Positions 12,380 through 22,296 of a stretch of DNA of 32,959 nucleotides are shown here, one piece after another. The notes beneath the pieces are model-generated. The model had not been told where the DNA came from. It made no database searches and worked only from the letters and a program-made list of their open reading frames with translations. The stretch comes from Nemertoderma westbladi (Eukaryota > Animalia > Xenacoelomorpha). Location of the stretch: assembly GCA_032718475.1 (NCBI GenBank), contig JAUCBJ010001368.1, positions 1-32,959 of the forward strand, read 5' to 3'. Position numbers and translations under genes: made by a program. Position 1 is the stretch's first letter. Each line of letters opens with the position of its first letter.

Positions 12380-12457
12380 AACTATTTGCATAAATTGACC
12401 CACCCCCTAACAGTGTCAATTCGCTAAGGCTCCGCCAACTTCGTGGCTCGCCCCACA
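11915..12457 (-). mobile_element. Non-autonomous Helentron-type (HINE/DINE-1-like) element, 543 bp
   Basis: Absent from copy 1 (empty site ~3481-3495). 75-bp subterminal inverted repeats (11936-12010 / 12371-12445, 2 mismatches), (GAC)n microsatellite, terminal stem-loop CGAAGT-GGGG-ACTTCG (11915-11930). Insertion can be placed at T|T on the minus strand with no TSD. Confidence 0.8.
12300..12380. repeat. (GAC)n microsatellite inside the HINE-like element
   Basis: Seen directly. Confidence 0.97.
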
Positions 12458-14879
12458 ATAATAGAATGATGAAATATAATATTACGACACAGTATGCTTA
12501 TGCAAATAAAAGGAAGCTGTATACACTGCTACTGTACTGCTTTGATGAAGCATAGATGTAACTAACTGAAACCTCAATGATGGAATTAGTAGGCGTAGAC
12601 ACCTTCAAAATAGGTACAGAGCTATGAATTGTACTTTACTTATAATATAACTCAAGATCAATATCAGATCAAGGCGCTTATGGCGATTTATCCTTAATTT
12701 CAATTGTTGTCAAATATCTCAGAAAGTGTTCTACTGTTGTTTTGATGGTGTCTACCTCCACTAAATCAATTATTGTGGATCGAATGAGCTTAATATCGGT
12801 GCAATAGAGCACACCAGAAGTTATATAGGCCTAACCCAAATGGGTCATAAAATGTTCTTCGGGAGGCTTGAGTGCGAAGCTAGACCTACTATAATAGTAT
12901 AACAAAATACAATAAAATTGTAGTACTGTAGGTCATGGTGAAGCTCGGCAAAAGGTGACTGGAACCGTTTTTGTTTGATATTTTTTTTATTTATAGTGCT
13001 TTATCAATAATTTGAAAGCTAGTCCCCTCTTGTGAAACACAAATTTTGTACTTGTGATTCTTTATAATTCCGCCTGTATCGCGTCAAATTTCAAAATTGT
13101 AGTGCCCGTGAGTTTTCTCTGAGCACCGTGCCATATTTGTAATCCACAAATTCATAACATATCGAGAAAAAAAAATCTTCACCCCGCCCTTCTATTGTGC
13201 AGTGCGAGTACTGATGTGTGTTGAGAGTTCTTCTCCGCATCAACCTGTTGTCTCTAATAGTACTAGCTGCCACCAGCCACAAAATGTTATACTTTTTATA
13301 CATTCTTCTCTACCTACAGTTATAAAATATTTCTATTTTCTAATAAAATTAATAGTTTAAAGTTATACCCACTAAACCCCGATATGGTGTTTGCGGTCAT
13401 TTTGCTCCATAACCATTTTTTGATCTATTCCCAATCACCTTCTTCACCACCATATTTCATAGATAGACGATGATAATATTTCGTTTGGGTGGATCTATAT
13501 GATTTCCATTTTTCATTTCATTCTATTAACTCCGGCCAAACTTTTATTTTTCAGACACCTCAATGCCCAGCTTCCAAAAATTATATTTTCAAAATTCTGT
13601 GCCGGTTACTTTTTGAATAATTTGCTTAAATATAATTAAATTAAAATCTACCAAAGGAGGCTTTTTGAATTATATTCTAATATATTATTGAATATATTAA
13701 TATTACATTGCGGAACTACCTGATATGATAACAAAATCATCTTACTCATTTTATTGCCGTGATCTTAAACTCATTCAAACCGCAATGGGTTGTTTTAAAA
13801 AAAAAGTAGATGTAGGCCTACTGTAGAGGCCTTCAAAACTATAATATAGATGAGTGATAGGTTCTCGAGATATGCAATTAAGTAATTTTACTCACATAAC
13901 ATTTCGAAACAAATATTACTGTATTATGTTACTTACTATATTATACTTACTATATTATACTAAAATCTGAGGGGAACAAAGTTACCATTGCATGGGTGCC
14001 TAGCAACCACTAATAAGAACCAGTGCCAAAAGCTTAAATATTATTGTTTGGATTTGATATATGAGAGACAACACTCTTTGTACTATGTAGGGGCGAGCCA
14101 CGAAAGTAAGCGAGCTTAGCATACAGGTACCACTAACTCAATCGGTGTGTCAGTTGTTCTGTTGTGTCCAATTTTAAACGTTAATAATTCAGCCAAATGT
14201 TAATGAAATTTAACCAAACTTGGTACACATGTAGTCTGGAAAAAGTTTAGAAATTTTCCAAGTTGAATTTCCGTGTGGCCTACAAGAAGCTAAGATAATA
14301 GCAGTTAATTAGTTAATTAAGTTGATTAGGGTAAAAACAGCATTTTCAACCTGCCTCTTAAAGGATATTAATTATTTTATAGTATAAGACTTCAATAATT
14401 ATACTTAAAAATTATACAGCTGTATTCTCCATACCCCATTCCATTATAATTTTTAATTAGTTCAAGAGATTTGCTTTAAGAAATGTGTTTTTAATTGATC
14501 TAAACGTAATTAACTTATTAAAATGCCCTGTCTCCAGCTATACTTCCATAGCTCCCTCATTTCTTGGCATGCTTGCTTGCATAGCTGGGAAGGGGAACCA
14601 GTTCAACCACCTCATCACTACTCAAAGGCAGCATTGTAATGAGCCAGACTAATAAGCCAGCTTGGTTATTGTGTTTAGCTTACAAAATGATTGGCCCAGT
14701 AGGCCTACTTAATCATTATTGTTTAGAATAATTAGCTAAATAATTTTGTTGAGGTGTTGACATGATAAATTAATATCTCAGTATCAATACTATCGGCATA
14801 AGGTGAGTTTTATACCATGGAGTGGGGTAACTTAGGCCATTTTTGAAAAGTTTACTATTTTCATTTCCAAATTGATAAG

Positions 14880-15828
14880 TAACCAACATAACCTAACAAA
14901 CCTACAGTACAATCAAATAATATAAACAAATAACGGTGTACAGATATACCAACCTAACCAACATAACGGTGTACACATACACCAACCTAACCAACATAAC
15001 GGTGTACTGGAGATATACCAACCTAACCAACGTAACGGTGTACAGATATACCAACCTAACCAACATAAAGGTGTACAGATACACCAACCTAACCAACATA
15101 ACGGTGTACAGGAGATATACCAACCTAACCAACATAACGGTGTACAGATATACCAACCTAACCAACATAACGGTGTACAGATATAACAACCAACCAACAT
15201 AACGGTGTACAGATATACCAACCTAACCAACATAACGGTGTACACATACACCAACCTAACCAACATAACGGTGTACTGGAGATATACCAACCTAACCAAC
15301 GTAACGGTGTACAGATATACCAACCTAACCAACATAAAGGTGTACAGATACACCAACCTAACCAACATAACGGTGTACAGGAGATATACCAACCTAACCA
15401 ACATAACGGTGTACAGATATACCAACCTAACCAACATAACGGTGTACAGATATAACAACCAACCAACATAACGGTGTACATATATACCAACCTAACCAAC
15501 ATAACGGTGTACACATACACCAACCTAACCAACATAACGGTGTACACATACACCAACCTAACCAACATAACGGTGTACACATACACCAACCTAACCAACA
15601 TAACGGTGTACTGGAGATATACCAACCTAACCAACATAACGGTGTACAGATATAACAACCAATCAACATAACGGTGTACAGATACACCAACCTAACCAAC
15701 ATAACGGTGTACAGGAGATATACCAACCTAACCAACATAACGGTGTACAGATATACCAACCTAACCAACATAACGGTGTACAGATATACCAACCTAACCA
15801 ACATAACGGTGTAGAGATACAACGGTGT
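14880..15828. repeat. Expanded 33-bp minisatellite (~28 units) with a 269-bp higher-order duplication
   Basis: Tandem units; ORFs 14936-15202 and 15205-15471 translate identically (offset 269 bp). Confidence 0.94.
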
Positions 15829-16409
15829 GCGGACACTTCCCCCCGGACAGTTCCCCCCGTTCAAGTAGGACACTTCCCCCTGGACACTTCCCCCCAGACA
15901 CTTCCCTCCCCGGACACCCCCCCCCCCCCCCCCCCCCGACTGTTCTTAACTTCACACATTCTTATTTTTCATTTTGTAAGGTAAACGGACCGCTTGTATC
16001 CAGACAAGTTGTATCCAATTTTCCTTTCGTAGCTCAGAAAGTGATCTTTTGCATCCCGATTTTACATTTTATATCCAAGTTTTATTTATGGGTTTTATCA
16101 ATGCAATTACATTATATTGTTTGCTAATCTTTAAACAATTATTTATTAATTAGATGACCTACAAATTCCATCCCCCAAATGATATACTGTTTTTATTAAC
16201 TATAGAATTATAATAATTAATTGTTTTAATTATATGTATTATTATGTAATAGTATTCTTCAAATTGTAGCAGATGGGGATGAATATTATTGTTGCAATCA
16301 TAATTATACCTCTCCAGGGTAAAATATTATAATAATATAATATTAAATAAGAATTATATAATATTGTTGTAATTTATATATTAATTTGGTTAACATTCAA
16401 TACAGCTCC

Positions 16410-16480
16410 TGTGTAGTATAGTGCATGGCTCTCCCCCGTGAAGTCTGCATGTCTCTTTCATATATTATATATATCAGTCA
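16410..16480 (+). repeat. 5' LTR (71 bp)
   Basis: TGTGTAG...TCAGTCA, identical to 21201-21271. Confidence 0.95.
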
Positions 16481-16507
16481 TGGCGCAGTTATGATTTTCG
16501 AACCTAC
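16481..16507 (+). promoter_or_regulatory. Primer binding site, tRNA-Ser-like
   Basis: TGGCGCAGT directly after the LTR, followed 7 nt later by TTCGAACCTAC (complement of a tRNA T-loop region). Confidence 0.75.
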
Positions 16508-16671
16508 AACTGTATTGCTGTATTGCTGTACCAGCCTACTGCTACCACCTACCACGCTACCAGTATACTCTGCTAGACCGCCAGGCCCTCGGGCCCAGGC
16601 CAGCCATACCCGCACATTAGGTTCTGTCTGCCCGTCTGCTGTTAATAAAGTAATAGGCCTACATTAATACT

Positions 16672-18081
16672 ATGGCGCACAACTCAACCGACCCCCGCGA
16701 CCCCCGCTCCTTCGTACTCCGCAGCGCAGCCCCTCCGTTCGACATCGACTGCGAACGTTCGACGTGGGACCTGTGGATCGAGGAGTGGGAAGCGTTCCTG
16801 GTGACGTCGGGCCTCGAGAACCTGCGGACCATCGACCCCACGGACCCTCCGGACCCGGCCGTCTCGGCCGACCTCCTCCGGGCCACCAACAGACAGCGTC
16901 GAGCCGCCCTCACATCCGCGTTCTCCCGCAGTACGAACGCCGTGGTAAGGGGACTTGGGCTCTCCACTGTCGACAACTCGGATGCGTCCCTCGTCATCGC
17001 GACACTCGGTACCCACGTCCACGGAGGGACTAACAAACGGGTCCACCGACAGGAACTCGCCCGGCGTTCCCGCCTCCCAGAGGAAACACCGGAGACGTTC
17101 CTGGTCCACCTCCGGGACATCGCCACCAAGTGTGAGTTCGAGGCGCTCCCCACCGCGGCGGCCCACGCCAACGATCGGCTCCTCGATCAATTCATCGCGG
17201 GCTTCGGCGACAAAGAGGTGACCGAGCAGCTCCTCCGCCTGCCTCCAGACAGCTACATCACGGATGCCCTCCGCCTCGCGCAGACTGTCTGGACTGCCCG
17301 CAAGGACGCCGCCTCCATGTCGTGGAGCGGGGCCCCCGCAACCGCTCCCACGGCGCCCTCGGCTGCCAGAGCGACGGCGCAACGCAGCCGCCGGCCCAGG
17401 CCCCGCCGCGATCAACCACCCACCCGCTGCCCGCAGTGCGGGTTCCCCCCACACAACGCGGGAGCCCGTTGCCCCGGCGCCGATGCCCGCTGTCGCCACT
17501 GCAACACAGTCGGGCACTACAATCGGATGTGCCCCCGCCGCCCCCAGACCAACGCAGCCGACGGGCCCGCCACCGATTACGACGACGATCGGTCGACCAA
17601 CGCCGCCGAGATCTGGTCGATCCTCGCCGGTCCCGAACTTTACGACGCCCCCACCGTCTCCTCCATTGAACAGTTGGAGTCCCTCGAGACGGTGACACTG
17701 GGATTCCAGGTCACTAAGAACCCCAGTTTCGGAATCACCGAACTCCAGTTCCTCCCAGATTCCGGTGCCAACATTACGGCGATTCCCTTCCGGATCTACT
17801 CAGCCTTCGGGGGGAAAGTCGAGAACCTCCGGAACTCCAACCCGCCGCCCCAACCACCTAAACTCGCCAACGGTAGTCGAGCGGGTTGGGTTTTTAAGGG
17901 AGTATTCGGCGCCACCATCCAGTGCCATGCATTGCACACTGCCTGCACCACGGATGTCTGGGTCCTGGACGGCCTCCACCAACCACTGCTGTCCAGGATG
18001 CAGGAAGACCTGCTTCACCCTCGGGATCCTGTGGAGCCCCATCCTCCGGGGTGGGCGGGGGCCACCCGACGCCCTCACTAG
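16672..18081 (+). CDS. Gag plus aspartic protease of the Gypsy element (last ~27 codons probably out of the true frame)
   Basis: Two zinc knuckles CPQCGFPPHNAGARC / CRHCNTVGHYNRMC (17428-17532); protease FLPDSGANITAI; QPLLSR near the protease end. Confidence 0.9.
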   Translation: MAHNSTDPRDPRSFVLRSAAPPFDIDCERSTWDLWIEEWEAFLVTSGLENLRTIDPTDPPDPAVSADLLRATNRQRRAALTSAFSRSTNAVVRGLGLSTVDNSDASLVIATLGTHVHGGTNKRVHRQELARRSRLPEETPETFLVHLRDIATKCEFEALPTAAAHANDRLLDQFIAGFGDKEVTEQLLRLPPDSYITDALRLAQTVWTARKDAASMSWSGAPATAPTAPSAARATAQRSRRPRPRRDQPPTRCPQCGFPPHNAGARCPGADARCRHCNTVGHYNRMCPRRPQTNAADGPATDYDDDRSTNAAEIWSILAGPELYDAPTVSSIEQLESLETVTLGFQVTKNPSFGITELQFLPDSGANITAIPFRIYSAFGGKVENLRNSNPPPQPPKLANGSRAGWVFKGVFGATIQCHALHTACTTDVWVLDGLHQPLLSRMQEDLLHPRDPVEPHPPGWAGATRRPH

Positions 18082-21000
18082 GCAATGTGCGAACCAGCTA
18101 CTGGCCGCGCCACTGCCCACGCCACCGACCACGCCACCAGCACAACCACCGCCAACCCCACCAACACCGACACCATCGCCGACACTGCCACCCAACGCGA
18201 CCCAGACCTGGGAAACCCTGGTTACCCGGTACCCCCGCCCCCTCTCTGGGAACTGTAGGGTTATGGCCGGGGGGGATATAACCATAAAACTGCTCCCGGA
18301 CGCCAAACCATCGTTCCGGTACTCCAACCGCCCCATACCGGCCAACCTGGAGGAGGCATTCGACAGGGAGCTCAGCGACCAGGTTGCCATGGGGATCCTC
18401 GAGCCCGCGGACGATGCCAACAGTCCCAGCGCGTGGCTCAGCCCCATGGTCGTTACTAGGAAGAAGAGCGACCCCAACTCCGTCCGGATTACTGTCGACC
18501 TCCGGGAGTTGAACCGCCACACCGTCCGACCCGCCTACTTTTCCCCGGACCCGTTCCAGGTCGTCTCCCGCGTCCCCACATCGGCCCGCTACTTCTCCGT
18601 CGTCGATGGACTCAAGGGGTTCCACCAGGTCGGCCTCGATCGGAACAGCCGGGAGCTCACCACGTTCGCCACTCCGCGGGGACGGTTCCGGTACCGCCGA
18701 ATGCCCATGGGGTGGCACGGCAGTTCGGACGTCTTCAACGCCCGGATGGCCAAGGCCCTCCAGGGCGTCCCCAACATCGGCCGGATCGTCGAGGATATCC
18801 TCATCTATACCGACACCATAGAGGAGCATCCGGAGGCAGTGGCGAGAGTTCTCGCCGCCTGCGACACCGCCGACATCTCCATCAACCCGAGGAAGGTTCA
18901 GTTCTGCCTTCCGGAGGTCAAGTTCGGCGGCTACATCGTCTCCCACGGCCGATTCCGGATCGACCCGGAACTCACGGACGACCTACGGAACTTCCCGACC
19001 CCAACCTGCCGGAAGGAACTCCGATCGTTCCTCGGCCTCGCCCAGCAGCTGGGAAACTCCACAGCCGAGATAACCCAACTAATCGAACCCCTCCGGAGCC
19101 TGAACTCTAACTATAACAGCTGGTTGTGGCTGCCCCAACACAACCAGGCGTTCGAGGCGACTCGGTCCGCCCTGTCCAGCCCCCACTACCTGTCTGGGTT
19201 CCACCCCGACCGACGGACGGAACTCCTCACCGACGCCTCCCGGCTCCACGGACTCGGTTTCCTTCTCCGACAGCGCGACCCCGACTCCAACCGTTGGCTC
19301 ACCGTCCAGTGCGGCTCCCGTACCCTCGCCAAACACGAGGCCAACTGGTCCGGTATGGCCGAACTGGAGGCCCTCGGCGCTGCGTGGGCGGCCCACAAGT
19401 GCCGCTATTTCCTCGACGGACTGCGGCACTTCGAACTGGTGACCGACAGCAGTCCGTTGATTCCTGTACTGAACGATCGCAGCCTCGACCAGGTCACCAA
19501 CGACCGCCTGCTGAAACTGAAGACCGCCTTGGCGCGGTTTAATTTCACCGCTCGGCACCAACGCGGCACCAAGCACCTCGTGGCTGACGCGTTCTCCCGC
19601 GCCCCCCGCCACGCACCGGAGCCCTCCGACCTACTACTCACCCCGGAGGACGACGCCGACCGGGAGTTCATCGTCAACGCGGCTGCGGGAGAAATACAAC
19701 CCGTCGAATCCCGGGACGCCCGTCTCGAACAGGTCCGCCAGGTCGGCCAGCTAGACCCCGTCTACCGCGCCCTGCTCACCACCATCGACGAGGGCTGGCC
19801 AACCTCCAAACACCAGATTACCGACGACCAACTCAGACCTTACTTCGCTCACCGCGCTGACCTGATGGCCCACAATGGCCTCATCCTCCGCGGGCCCCAA
19901 CTATACATCCCCGTGGAACTGCGACACGAGACCCTGCTGCAACTCCACGCAGCCCACCAGGGCCTTAACAAGACGCGAGAACGCGCTAACAGGTCTGTCT
20001 GGTGGCCCTCCATCGCCCACGACATTACACAGGCGGTGGAGCGGTGCCAACCGTGTCAGGCAGTCCTCCCCTCCCACGCACCCGAGCCCCTCCAGCGCAA
20101 CCCGGAAGCGACCCGTCCGTTCCAACGGACCCACATCGACCTCTTCCAGGTCGACGCCAAAAACTACATGGCCGCCACCGACGAGTTCACTGGGTGGCCG
20201 ACATTATATCGGCTAAACTCCGACACCACCTCGGTCGCCATTATCGACTGCCTCCGTAAGCTGTTCCTCGCCACCGCGGTGCCTACGGTGCTCCACCCAG
20301 ATGGAGGCCCCCAACTTGTGTCAGACGCCATCAAGAACTTCCTCCATCGATGGGGCGTCACCCTCGAGCCTTCCAGCCCCCACCTCCCACGCACAAACGG
20401 ACGGGCGGAGGCCGCGGTGAAAGCCCTTAAGAAGATCGTCCGGGGAGCCAACCACGACTCAGACGCCATCGCCCAGGGGATACTCGCGTTCCGGAATACC
20501 CCCCGCTATGGAGGCCGGTCCCCCGCGGAACTCCTCTACGGCAGGAACGTCCGTGAGGCCCTCCCCGTGCATTTCACTGCACTCGACCCCAAATGGCGCC
20601 AAACCTTCGCCGAGCTCGACGCCCTTGCCGACTCCAACCGCGCGCTACTCCGGGCGAACTATGACGGCCACACCCGACCACTCCGGGCCCTCCCAGTAGG
20701 CCACCCTGTCCTTATCCAGGACCCCCGCGATAAACGCTGGACGGGCCAGGGGACAGTAGTCGAGACCCTCCAGAACCACGACTACCTGGTACGTCAAGCC
20801 AGCGGCCACGTTGTGCGACGCAACCGGGTTTTTCTGCGGACCCGGTCGCCCACGCTACCACCCTCGGGCCCACCACTACCGCCCACCCCACCACAACCAC
20901 TCCAAGAAGTCACACCCAACCCACCACCACTGGCGCCACCCATACCCACCTGGGCCGACGTCGCCGCGCCGCCTCAGCCACCGACCACCACCAGCCCCCC

Positions 21001-21106
21001 ACGGGCACCCCAAATACTGACCCAAGCCCCACCACCCCCCGCCCCCACCCATACCCGATCCGGTCGCCCCCCACCACGATACGCCAACAGTGACTACAGT
21101 AAATAA
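18005..21106 (+). CDS. Pol (RT, RNase H, integrase) of the Gypsy element; the genuine portion of ORF 17765-21106
   Basis: RT: WLSPMVV, VDLRELN, VDGLKGFHQ, TTFATPRGRFRYRRMPMG, IVEDIL. RNase H: TDAS, ELEAL, TDSSPL, ADAFSR. Integrase: HAAHQG..CQPC, HIDLF, PDGGPQ, GRAEAAV. Pro-rich tail with TRSGR. Confidence 0.95.
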   Translation, partial: KTCFTLGILWSPILRGGRGPPDALTRQCANQLLAAPLPTPPTTPPAQPPPTPPTPTPSPTLPPNATQTWETLVTRYPRPLSGNCRVMAGGDITIKLLPDAKPSFRYSNRPIPANLEEAFDRELSDQVAMGILEPADDANSPSAWLSPMVVTRKKSDPNSVRITVDLRELNRHTVRPAYFSPDPFQVVSRVPTSARYFSVVDGLKGFHQVGLDRNSRELTTFATPRGRFRYRRMPMGWHGSSDVFNARMAKALQGVPNIGRIVEDILIYTDTIEEHPEAVARVLAACDTADISINPRKVQFCLPEVKFGGYIVSHGRFRIDPELTDDLRNFPTPTCRKELRSFLGLAQQLGNSTAEITQLIEPLRSLNSNYNSWLWLPQHNQAFEATRSALSSPHYLSGFHPDRRTELLTDASRLHGLGFLLRQRDPDSNRWLTVQCGSRTLAKHEANWSGMAELEALGAAWAAHKCRYFLDGLRHFELVTDSSPLIPVLNDRSLDQVTNDRLLKLKTALARFNFTARHQRGTKHLVADAFSRAPRHAPEPSDLLLTPEDDADREFIVNAAAGEIQPVESRDARLEQVRQVGQLDPVYRALLTTIDEGWPTSKHQITDDQLRPYFAHRADLMAHNGLILRGPQLYIPVELRHETLLQLHAAHQGLNKTRERANRSVWWPSIAHDITQAVERCQPCQAVLPSHAPEPLQRNPEATRPFQRTHIDLFQVDAKNYMAATDEFTGWPTLYRLNSDTTSVAIIDCLRKLFLATAVPTVLHPDGGPQLVSDAIKNFLHRWGVTLEPSSPHLPRTNGRAEAAVKALKKIVRGANHDSDAIAQGILAFRNTPRYGGRSPAELLYGRNVREALPVHFTALDPKWRQTFAELDALADSNRALLRANYDGHTRPLRALPVGHPVLIQDPRDKRWTGQGTVVETLQNHDYLVRQASGHVVRRNRVFLRTRSPTLPPSGPPLPPTPPQPLQEVTPNPPPLAPPIPTWADVAAPPQPPTTTSPPRAPQILTQAPPPPAPTHTRSGRPPPRYANSDYSK

Positions 21107-21188
21107 CCCTCATAGCCTGTTCATTTTAACTTTTAGCGGTATATCGTTATTTACCAGTATGTTTATTGCTAATCACCCACCCCCTCCT

Positions 21189-21200
21189 AAGAAGGGGATA
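21189..21200 (+). promoter_or_regulatory. Polypurine tract
   Basis: AAGAAGGGGATA immediately 5' of the 3' LTR. Confidence 0.85.
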
Positions 21201-21271
21201 TGTGTAGTATAGTGCATGGCTCTCCCCCGTGAAGTCTGCATGTCTCTTTCATATATTATATATATCAGTCA
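21201..21271 (+). repeat. 3' LTR (71 bp)
   Basis: Identical to the 5' LTR; followed by the GCTCC TSD. Confidence 0.95.
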
Positions 21272-22296
21272 GCTCCTACTTTAGGCTTAGTCAATTTATT
21301 ATCTGACGATACAAACATGAATTAATGATTTCAAAATGTTTCAAAAAGTCTTTCAACACGGGCACACAGGGAAATGCCGGGGTTTGGGGGCGAGAGCCCC
21401 CAACAAAAGAAGCGGGGGTTTGGGGGCGGCAGCCTCCAATTAAAAGAAAAACAAACAAAATTTCACTAGAAAAATGTTTCTTTTATAATTGTGAAAAACT
21501 TACCTACCGGTGTATATAGATATATACCAACCTAACCAACATATCGGTGTACAGATACACAGATACATTTTTAACGTTTTGTCTGTGTCTGTCGTCAATC
21601 TGTCTGTCCAGTTGTCAGTTGAAGGCTCAAATATTATAATTCAGTAAATATTTCATTTCATAGCCTAGTTTCTTTTATATATTCTGATAACTAAATAGAG
21701 AATAGAGTCACAACGAAGTATGAAAAATCTAATCTTATTTTTTTTCCTTCGGATACTCTTACCGCGGAAACTTTCGATAATAATAAGTAGAAATAATAAT
21801 TAAAGATAGATAAGTAAATAATAAACATTTCAATAAGCAACAATTATTGTTGCTGATACAAAATCAGTCCAGTAACTACGGGTATATACGACATTTCACG
21901 TGGTATACTTTTTATGCTTAAGGGAAACCATGTCTTTCGCGCAGAACTTTCAAATGTAACCGAACGTACAAAGAATTTTTCAATAAATTTAGAGGTTCAA
22001 TTTCAATTAAGAGGTTCTTATACACCACATTTAACCTCAACTACACCATCTGCTGTATTACTCTCCGGCAAAAAAAATTGACCGCAAGTGAAATAATGTA
22101 TACTGTAGTTTATTGTTTTGGTTAGAAAATACTACCACGTCCTTTCCCTTAATGTTTATATTTAAATTAAATTAATTTTTCAAACCCACTAAAATTTATT
22201 TTGTGTTTGCGGTCAATCCGCCCCATTGTCTCTAGTTTGTATAATGTATCAACCCGACAGCTTAGGTGGTAGGCCAGCTGATGGAATTGTAAGCAC

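Larger units (their letters stand above)
16410..21271 (+). mobile_element. Full-length Ty3/Gypsy LTR retrotransposon, Mag-like, 4862 bp
   Basis: TG...CA LTRs, GCTCC TSD (16405-16409, 21272-21276), empty site in copy 1 (CAATACAGCTCCTACTTTAG, 6641-6660), PBS, PPT, domain order gag-PR-RT-RH-IN. Confidence 0.97.

Noticed and set aside
12249-12458. Protamine-like poly-Arg ORF
   Set aside because: Translation of the (GAC)n microsatellite inside a TE.
14902-15873. Repetitive hydrophobic ORFs (also 5829-6228)
   Set aside because: 33-bp period is a multiple of 3; not conserved between the copies; no protein features.
16481-16510. tRNA gene suggested by TTCGAACC
   Set aside because: No cloverleaf; explained as the retrotransposon primer binding region.
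17765-18004. N-terminal part of the 1113-aa ORF as a real Pol start
   Set aside because: Protease motifs lie in the gag frame here; the pol frame becomes meaningful only from 18005.
16659-21113. Long antisense and alternate-frame ORFs inside the retrotransposon
   Set aside because: Expected from high GC and stop-codon scarcity; no recognisable domains, no env-like ORF.
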